Notes under the pieces: model-generated
Database searches by the model: none
Told to the model about the DNA's origin: nothing
What the model saw: only the letters and a program-made list of their open reading frames with translations
Translations under genes and position numbers: made by a program
Shown: positions 57,259 to 64,000 of the stretch, piece by piece
Position numbering within the stretch: position 1 is the stretch's first letter
Layout of the letters: every line of letters starts with the position of its first letter
DNA from: Candidatus Hydrogenedentota bacterium
GTDB lineage: Bacteria > Hydrogenedentota > Hydrogenedentia > Hydrogenedentales > JAEUWI01
Assembly: GCA_034669905.1 (NCBI GenBank)
Contig: JAXMOL010000005.1
Location: 134,218 to 198,217 of the forward strand
Direction of reading: 5' to 3'
Length of the DNA stretch: 64,000 nucleotides

Positions 57259-59274
57259 ATGAAAACATTGTCACGCACCATGATACCCGTGGTCTTCGGC
57301 CTGCTGGTGGGGTTGCTCTACAGCCCCCACCTCATGGCCCAGGGCGATCACGCCTCCAGCCGGGAACTCTCCGTCTACACCGGGGCAGCGCTCACGGTGG
57401 AGTCGGTCGATTCCGTTAACAGCCGGGAGATCTCCGTCTACGCCGGCCCCTTATTGAGCACCCAGAGTACCCAGCAGGTAAACAGCCGGGAGCTCTCGCT
57501 CTTTGTCGGTCAGTTGCTCATCGCAGATGAAATTCTCACCGTATCCAGCCGAGAAGTTTCGCTATTCGAAGGCCCTGTCCAATCGGTCTTTGCCCTCAAC
57601 CACATCAGCAGCCGGGAAGTTTCCTTTTCCTCTACCGCCCCCATTGTGATCGGCGGTGAAGGTGAAGGTGAAGGTGAAGGTGAAGGTGAAGGTGAAGGTG
57701 AAGGTGAAGGTGAAGGTGAAGGCGAAGGCGAAGGCGAAGGCGAAGGCGAAGGCGAAGGCGAAGGCGAAGGCGAAGGCGAAGGCGAAGGTGAAGGTGAAGG
57801 CGAGGACCCCTGTGCCGGTGAGACTCTGGACACGGATGGCGACGGCCTCACAGATTGCGAGGAAGGCCTCCTCGGCACGGATCTCAATGCCGTTGATACG
57901 GACCAGGATGGCATGCCCGATCCCTTCGAGGTAGCCTTTGGGCTCAACCCTCTGGTAGCCGACGATGCCATAACAGACCGAGATGAGGACGGCTTGAACA
58001 ACCTGGACGAATACCTGGCCAATGCCATCCCCACCGACCCGGACTCTCCCCGTCGGGTGCTCCATGTTGCGGTGGACGGTGTCGACCAGGTTGAAGGCGG
58101 CGGGCTCCAGAGTCCCTTCCGAACGATAGGCTTCGCCTTGGAACAGTACGCCCAGTCTGGCTTTGACAAGGTGCAGATTCTCCTGGCTCCGGGCACCTAT
58201 GTGGAAGATGTCGTACTCCTGGCAGGGGTAACCCTCACAGGGAGCGACGCCGGCACTTCCGAACTTATGGGAAGCATCACCGGGGCCGATCAATGCACCA
58301 TTCGTGCCCTCGACATTCTCTCTGTCAACGGCACGGAGATGCTCCTGATCGCCGACAACGTGAAGCTGCGCATCGAACGGGTTCGCTTCATTGGCATGGA
58401 CACGATCCGGGGTGCGCAGGGTGTGGTCGCCATGGGCGAAAACGCAAGCGGCATTCTGGTATCCGAGTGTGACTTTATCGACCTCTCCATCGGGATAAAC
58501 ATCTTCGACGGTGTGCCCACCATTCGGCGCAACATCTTCGTCGACCCCGCGACGGCAGGCATCGTGGTGCAGGAGAGCGCACTAATCGATCCCGAGCAGG
58601 GCCTGAGCAGTGCCAGCAATGGTACCGTTGGCTTCAACACGTTCACCTTCAACAGTGGCATTGCCAACCCGGTCCCCTCCCCGACGGCCGTGATCAACGA
58701 AACCGATCAGGTGCTGCGCTTGGAAAACAACGACTGGGGCGTGGATGACGATGAGGCCGTCGAAGCGCTCATCGCCGGGGCCAGCGATTTCCAGCCCAAA
58801 CTGCTCGTTGGCTCCGCCGTGCTGGCCTCCAGCCTCTTCTGCACGGTCTGGTCAGATTCCGATCAGCACCGCCTGCATGACGTGAGTGTCTCCCTGGAAG
58901 GGAGCGACTTCGCGCCTATTACCGACAATGAAGACGGGGTATACGCCTTCCCCATCGTGCTTCCGGGTCAGTATGCCGTGCGCTGTGAATCAACTGGTTT
59001 CGAAGATGCACAGCGCGGCATCGTGGTGGGTTCGGGTGAGCTTAAATCCGTGACCATCGCCATGGCGAGTGCTTCGGTCGGTGGTGAAGGTGAAGGAGAA
59101 GGAGAAGGTGAGGGAGAAGGCGAGGGTGAAGGTGAAGGCGAAGAACCGCCCACCATGGATTGCCATGCGAACGGCGGGGTCGCCATCGGGTCACGGCTGG
59201 GCGACTTTCTCCTCGTGGGATTGATGTTGGTCCTGCTCGCTGGCAGTGTCTTTGGAGCCCGCCGCAACGCCTGA
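57259..59274 (+). CDS. Surface protein: SRExS repeats, (GE)n tracts, Ca-binding DxDGDG repeats, beta-helix, carboxypeptidase-regulatory-like domain, C-terminal anchor
   Basis: Signal peptide; DTDGDGLTD, DTDQDGMPD and DRDEDGLNN; SPFRTIGFAL...LAPGTYVE; DGVYAF...PGQY; Cys-TM-RR tail. Confidence 0.85.
   Translation: MKTLSRTMIPVVFGLLVGLLYSPHLMAQGDHASSRELSVYTGAALTVESVDSVNSREISVYAGPLLSTQSTQQVNSRELSLFVGQLLIADEILTVSSREVSLFEGPVQSVFALNHISSREVSFSSTAPIVIGGEGEGEGEGEGEGEGEGEGEGEGEGEGEGEGEGEGEGEGEGEGEGEGEGEDPCAGETLDTDGDGLTDCEEGLLGTDLNAVDTDQDGMPDPFEVAFGLNPLVADDAITDRDEDGLNNLDEYLANAIPTDPDSPRRVLHVAVDGVDQVEGGGLQSPFRTIGFALEQYAQSGFDKVQILLAPGTYVEDVVLLAGVTLTGSDAGTSELMGSITGADQCTIRALDILSVNGTEMLLIADNVKLRIERVRFIGMDTIRGAQGVVAMGENASGILVSECDFIDLSIGINIFDGVPTIRRNIFVDPATAGIVVQESALIDPEQGLSSASNGTVGFNTFTFNSGIANPVPSPTAVINETDQVLRLENNDWGVDDDEAVEALIAGASDFQPKLLVGSAVLASSLFCTVWSDSDQHRLHDVSVSLEGSDFAPITDNEDGVYAFPIVLPGQYAVRCESTGFEDAQRGIVVGSGELKSVTIAMASASVGGEGEGEGEGEGEGEGEGEGEEPPTMDCHANGGVAIGSRLGDFLLVGLMLVLLAGSVFGARRNA
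57655..57804 (+). repeat. Hexanucleotide tandem repeat encoding (Gly-Glu)25
   Basis: (GGTGAA)11(GGCGAA)11(GGTGAA)2 GGCGAG; a second degenerate (GE)10 tract at 59083-59142. Confidence 0.95.
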
Positions 59275-59291
59275 TTCGTATCCATCAACAC

Positions 59292-59326
59292 AAGCGTCCG
59301 CCACCCATCGTGGCGGGCGCTTTTTT
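59292..59326 (+). terminator. Intrinsic terminator
   Basis: AAGCGTCCGCCAC...GTGGCGGGCGCTT followed by a T run. Confidence 0.85.
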
Positions 59327-59909
59327 ATGGTTCATAGACAATCAGTGGGTACCAACAAACTCCCACTCCCCCCAAACAAACTCAACCCCGCAATCGTGCC
59401 GCGCGATCCGGTATTCCCGGTTCGTGCGCGGGTCGGGAGTTCGGATCAGGTCTCCACATCAAAGACCAAGCCCACCCCAAGCACAATGCACCATTCCAAT
59501 GACGTCTTGAAGCCTTCACACCACGACACAGCCCCAAACGACGTCTCATAGATCTTCGCACGAACTGGATTACCAGATCGCGCGGCACGTCGATAGCGTG
59601 TGCTTCCATCGGAAGAGAATGCGTGGCGACATGTTTCGCAAGCTCCCATTGCAACAGCTTCTTAGATCCAGTTCTTGTAATTTTGGACAAAGCATTCCCA
59701 TTTTTTTTGCCCATGAACCTTTTTATGGTGGTCCAGCCCGTCTACTCGTGGACCTCACTATTCCGGCTTCCAGGGGAAACAAAAGCAAGGTTCTTATACG
59801 GTTGACGCCCGTTGATTCCGCATGTGCCACGGGGCGGAGACGGCTTCGAAATAATCCTTCCAGGTGACGGTGTGCTGGGTGCCTTCACTCCTAGGGGAGC
59901 AGTGGCCCA

Positions 59910-62786
59910 TTACGTTGCGGGAGCAAATAAGGCAATCAATTCGGGCAGTCCGGACGCTTCGGCGTAGGCTCGGGCGCTTTTCCCCGACGAATCGACCCCG
60001 TCGGGCGAGGCGCCCGCCTCAAGCAACCAGGCCACGGCGCCCACATGGTGGCCTTCAATGGCACGGTGCAGCGGCGTCAGCCCCCGTCCGCTATGCTCGG
60101 GCTGGTCCAGCCCAATACCCTGGGCATGCAGCTCGCGCAGGCAGGCGACCTGCCCATAGGTGGCGGCCCAATGAATGGGGGCCCGCCCCAGGGTCTCGGT
60201 GGTGGCGAATTCCGGATAGGAGACCAGCAATTCTTTCAGCCGCTCCACCGCTCCGTTACTGGTGGCAGCCCGATAACTCTCCGTAATCGCGGCATCCAGA
60301 AAGGCCCGGGCGCGCAGTAAGGCCGACGCCTTCTCCGGTCGTTCCGGGCCACCGGCCGCTTCCAATTGCACCAAACGGGCATCCAGCACGCCCCGCGGCG
60401 TCTCGCCCTTTTCATTTTGCACGCAAAGCGATGCCCCGGAGGCCAGGAGTTGACGAATAGCGGTCTCCTCGGCTTCCCGTGCCGCAAGGTGGAGCGGGGT
60501 GTCTCCCCCGCTGTTCACGGCATTTACATCCGCACCTCGGTTGCATAACTGGCGCACGGCGGCCACGTGCCCCGCAGCGGAAGCCAGATGGATGGGGCGG
60601 TTCTGTTGCTCATCCTCCCCATCAACCGGTACACCGGCATTGGCCAGACTCTCGATCACCATCGTATTCCCCCGCGCTGCGGCCCCGTGCATGGCGCTGC
60701 GACCCGACGCGTCTGCACCGGTTGCATCGGCAACGACGCCAAGCAAATAGCGGACGGAAGCAATCCCGCCTCCACGAACGGCCAGATGCAGGGGGGACAC
60801 GCCGTTATGGTCTACCTGATTGGGATCCAGTCCCGATTCCACCAGCCATGTGAGGGTCTCCACCGAACCAGTCGTTGCAGCGGGAAAGAGCAGACTGCGC
60901 CCCTCCTCATCCTGGCTATCAAGGGGGAGTCCCTGGCCGTGCAAATAGCGGGCCAGGCTGGTGTGTCCCTTTTCCAGGGCGAGACCGATGGCATTTCGAC
61001 CCCGGTGGGCGACAGCCTCTTTCGCGGCGCCACGCTCCATCAGCGCACCCGCGGTCTGCTGGTGCCCCCCCATGACGGCCCGTAGCAAGGGCGTACAGGC
61101 CTCGTTGTCCTGCGCTTCCAGTGGCGCACCACCTTCCAACAGGCGTATCGCGGTGGCATCATGGCCGGCACCCGCCGCCCGATGCAACGGGGTCCGTTGC
61201 CGGTGATCCCGGGCAGCCACATCCGCACCGGCACGAGTCAATCGATCGACGGCCTCCATATGCCCCCCGGCTGCAGCCAGGTGAAGGACGGTTTCTGCTT
61301 CGGGGGACCGGCTCTCCAGGTCTCCCCCATGCTCCAGCATCAGCGCCAGCAGGCCCGTCTTGCCCCGTTGGGCAGCGAGCAGAAAGGGAGACCATCCTCC
61401 CTCATTCAACGCATTCGGATCGGCACCGTGCGCCAACAACACGCGAAGGAGCTCCCCGTCATCTCTATCTACCGCCACATGGAGCGCCGTGCGCCCTTTC
61501 GTGTCCGACAGATTGGCATCGCCCCCCTGGGCCAACACAAAGGCGACCACATCGTGATTACCAGAGGCAACGGCCTTGTTCAGTAGCGTCCGCTCCATAC
61601 CGGTGGTCGTGAGTCGGTTGACCGTATCCCCATGGGCGAGCAGTTCCCGCGCACAATCCAGGTGCCCGAGATGAAGCGCCAGACCCATGGCCGTGTTGCC
61701 CTCCAGATTGGGAGTATCCCTATCCGCACCGCGCTCAATGAGCAAGCCAATCATGTCGCAACGCCCGGTCGTAACGGCGGCCATCAAGGGGGTCGATTGA
61801 GAGGTGGCATTGGGATGGTTCGCAAGGAAGGGCAAATCGTCGAGCAGTTCCGTGACGCCCCGACGGTCTCCAAATCCCACCATCATGTGAATGCCCAGGT
61901 GCTGATTCCGACTCCGAAAATAGGCCGTCACATCCCACTGCTCCGCCTTCGCCGCCAGCACGGCCGGAATCGAAAGGACGTTCGGGTCCGCCATGCTCTG
62001 CATATCGGCGCCCAGTTTCAGGAGGTGCTGCACCGCAAAGACATCACCTGCTTCGGCCGCCATATGGAGGGGCGTGTAGTTGGCCTGGTTACGCGCTTCG
62101 ATCCATGCCCCCCGTTGTTGCAGCGTTTCCAAGGTGTAAATGTGTGTACTTCGGGCCGCCAGGTGCATGGCGCTATTACCGAGCAAGTCGACTTCATCGA
62201 CCTGTGCGCCCCGGGCCAACAGGGCATCCATGATATAGGGTTGGTTTTCGGCGACGGCCGCGAGGAAGGGTGTGCGCCCGGAATCATCCCGGGCATCCAG
62301 AGCAGCGCCCCCGTCCACCCGGTCGATAACTGCATAGAGGTCGCCAGCGCGAACAGCCTGATGCACCGACCCATAGGGCGCCAGTCCGGTCACGCGCCAG
62401 GCCCGTGGGGCGAGGGGGTGCACGACGCCCCGGGTAAAAAGATCGATTAAAGCCGCATAGGTGGGCTTACGTTCCTGTTGGGACAGGGGCCGGGCGGCAA
62501 CCGCAGTGGGTTCCGTCTCGGGGGCAACGGGTGCCCTTTCGACCGATGCCTCCGCGGTGTCGGAAGGCGCATCGGTCACGGGCGCCGTGCTCACCGCTTC
62601 CCTGGGGGCAACCGGTTGTCCCGTAATGGGGTCAAGGACCTGATCTTTGTCGTATTCGGGCAGCACCCGTCGCACGGGGGCCACCGTCGTTTCGGAACTG
62701 GATTCGCTGGTCTGGTCCTGGGAGCCACCACAGCCCCCCTGAATCACCAACACGCTGATGGCCGCGATCGTAAGCAGGATACGCAT
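59910..62786 (-). CDS. Large ankyrin-repeat protein, probable lipoprotein
   Basis: Signal with QGGC; roughly 20 GxTPLHxA-type ankyrin repeats. Confidence 0.9.
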   Translation of the reverse strand: MRILLTIAAISVLVIQGGCGGSQDQTSESSSETTVAPVRRVLPEYDKDQVLDPITGQPVAPREAVSTAPVTDAPSDTAEASVERAPVAPETEPTAVAARPLSQQERKPTYAALIDLFTRGVVHPLAPRAWRVTGLAPYGSVHQAVRAGDLYAVIDRVDGGAALDARDDSGRTPFLAAVAENQPYIMDALLARGAQVDEVDLLGNSAMHLAARSTHIYTLETLQQRGAWIEARNQANYTPLHMAAEAGDVFAVQHLLKLGADMQSMADPNVLSIPAVLAAKAEQWDVTAYFRSRNQHLGIHMMVGFGDRRGVTELLDDLPFLANHPNATSQSTPLMAAVTTGRCDMIGLLIERGADRDTPNLEGNTAMGLALHLGHLDCARELLAHGDTVNRLTTTGMERTLLNKAVASGNHDVVAFVLAQGGDANLSDTKGRTALHVAVDRDDGELLRVLLAHGADPNALNEGGWSPFLLAAQRGKTGLLALMLEHGGDLESRSPEAETVLHLAAAGGHMEAVDRLTRAGADVAARDHRQRTPLHRAAGAGHDATAIRLLEGGAPLEAQDNEACTPLLRAVMGGHQQTAGALMERGAAKEAVAHRGRNAIGLALEKGHTSLARYLHGQGLPLDSQDEEGRSLLFPAATTGSVETLTWLVESGLDPNQVDHNGVSPLHLAVRGGGIASVRYLLGVVADATGADASGRSAMHGAAARGNTMVIESLANAGVPVDGEDEQQNRPIHLASAAGHVAAVRQLCNRGADVNAVNSGGDTPLHLAAREAEETAIRQLLASGASLCVQNEKGETPRGVLDARLVQLEAAGGPERPEKASALLRARAFLDAAITESYRAATSNGAVERLKELLVSYPEFATTETLGRAPIHWAATYGQVACLRELHAQGIGLDQPEHSGRGLTPLHRAIEGHHVGAVAWLLEAGASPDGVDSSGKSARAYAEASGLPELIALFAPAT

Positions 62787-62877
62787 GTGCTGTCACTTCC
62801 CTTTCGGGGCCTCTCGCCCGGTCACACTGCAGGACTAAGTTTCCTGATCGCAGTGTAGTCAACCGGTTGGCAGCACA

Positions 62878-63432
62878 TCAACCAGCGGCAGCGACCGCGT
62901 CACCCGTTTCCGGGCCATCCAGCAGCGTCTGCACCTGGCTTTCGAGGGTGGCCTGAAAACGGAGCCCCAGCCCGACATGAATCGCGTGAACGCGCCCCGT
63001 CTGGTCAATAACAACCGTCTGGGGAATGCCCGTAACCCCATAGTCTTCCGCGACGATGCCGGTCTTGTCCATGAGAATGGGTAATTGCAGCCCGGTGGAC
63101 GTGGCGAAGTCCGTCACGAGCGCCTCCCCTTCCATGATGTTTACGGCATAAACGGCAACGGGCTGTCCCGCAAAGGTTTTGGCCATTCCGTCCACTGCGG
63201 GCAATCCCTTGCGACAGGGCGGGCACCAGGAGGCCCAGAAATCAAGCACGACGACGTCCTTCCCAAGGTGACGCGCCATATCAACGGGGACCCCGGATAC
63301 ATCGGGCAGGGTAAAGGTGGGTGCCATAGCGCCTTCCAGGGGATGGGGCTGAGGGTTCATGAGCCACGCGATAGCCACAAACCCAGCCACAACGATGGCG
63401 ATGGTCGTACCATATTCTTTAAGGATTTTCAC
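62878..63432 (-). CDS. TlpA-family thiol-disulfide oxidoreductase
   Basis: N-terminal TM, LDFWASWCPPC and YGVTGIP. Confidence 0.9.
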   Translation of the reverse strand: MKILKEYGTTIAIVVAGFVAIAWLMNPQPHPLEGAMAPTFTLPDVSGVPVDMARHLGKDVVVLDFWASWCPPCRKGLPAVDGMAKTFAGQPVAVYAVNIMEGEALVTDFATSTGLQLPILMDKTGIVAEDYGVTGIPQTVVIDQTGRVHAIHVGLGLRFQATLESQVQTLLDGPETGDAVAAAG

Positions 63433-63616
63433 AAACGTACTTTCTCAGCTATGCCCCCAGACTTCATCGTGGACGGCGAATCACACCGCAACTACCATCT
63501 ATTCGCAGCGTTCCTTTTTTCATATCAATCGATGTCGAATCGGTCCCGGGATGACAGCGCCCCACAGGAGCCATTACAATACAGGCCAGTCCTAAACCAC
63601 CACCCCGGAGAACGTC

Positions 63617-64000
63617 ATGTTGGCCTGTCGCCCATACATCCCCCTGTTTTCTATCCTGTTGCTGGTCGGCGTGCTTGCCGGTTGCACCACCCCGAATCAC
63701 GTCTACCTCACGTGGCAAAACGATCCCAGCACCACCATGACGGTCAATTTTCATAGTCCCAAAGCGCACGAAAACCTGCGGCTCCTTTTCGATGAGGAAT
63801 CGCATCACGGGGATGTTGCCGCCTATGAGAATGACGCCACAGGCTCGATGCACCGAATCCCTGGACTCAAGGATGGCCGCTACATTTACGTTATCGAAGC
63901 CACGGAGCTGGAGCCCGGCGAAACCTATCACTTTGTAGTGGCAGATGGCGACAAGGCCCTGACCAAAGAACGACGTTTTCGCCCCCTGCCTCCGAAAGAT
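63617..64000 (+). CDS. Lipoprotein with a purple-acid-phosphatase-type N-terminal FN3 domain (likely metallophosphoesterase), truncated by the window end
   Basis: Hand translation: lipobox LAGC, HVYLTWQNDPSTTMTVNF and ATELEPGETYHFVV; RBS GGAG. Confidence 0.75.
   Translation, partial: MLACRPYIPLFSILLLVGVLAGCTTPNHVYLTWQNDPSTTMTVNFHSPKAHENLRLLFDEESHHGDVAAYENDATGSMHRIPGLKDGRYIYVIEATELEPGETYHFVVADGDKALTKERRFRPLPPKD

Noticed and set aside
57656..57934. Poly-VK/AK and poly-SP/FT ORFs; possible CRISPR-like periodicity
   Set aside because: Alternative frames of the GE hexamer repeat; there are no spacers and no cas genes.

Overview
GC-rich bacterial chromosomal window, mostly transcribed on the minus strand. 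Long (Gly-Glu)n tracts, the C-terminal sorting tails and the gene content suggest Candidatus Hydrogenedentes or a relative (inference only). Most of the window is core or household metabolism: rpmE2-prfA-prmC-radC-psd-pssA, leuA, bcp, nrdR, rsmD, argD-argF-argG, mpl, pnuC plus a NadR-like enzyme, acyl-CoA ligase and dehydrogenase, and a three-gene pntAB transhydrogenase. These are interspersed with signalling genes (HDOD, GAF-GGDEF, Ser/Thr kinase, sigma54 two-component system) and many secreted repeat proteins. No tRNA, rRNA, CRISPR array, intact transposase or prophage was seen. The most interesting signals are non-coding or modular. (1) A stand-alone ~185-nt structured RNA at 55507-55691 has its own promoter and terminator and a 6S-like fold; its promoter spacer is an NrdR-box-like site, with two more upstream. 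(2) The nrdR promoter carries tandem NrdR-like boxes. (3) A PadR operon has an operator inside its promoter and two membrane proteins with a near-identical N-terminal head but unrelated bodies. (4) A sigma54-driven secreted protein with 8 EF-hands heads a ZraPSR-like two-component locus. (5) An intergenic region between rsmD and argG has DnaA boxes and an AT-rich tract. (6) Two paralogous uncharacterised membrane proteins sit upstream of the NAD-salvage genes. All calls come from reading the sequence by eye; no database search or folding program was run.
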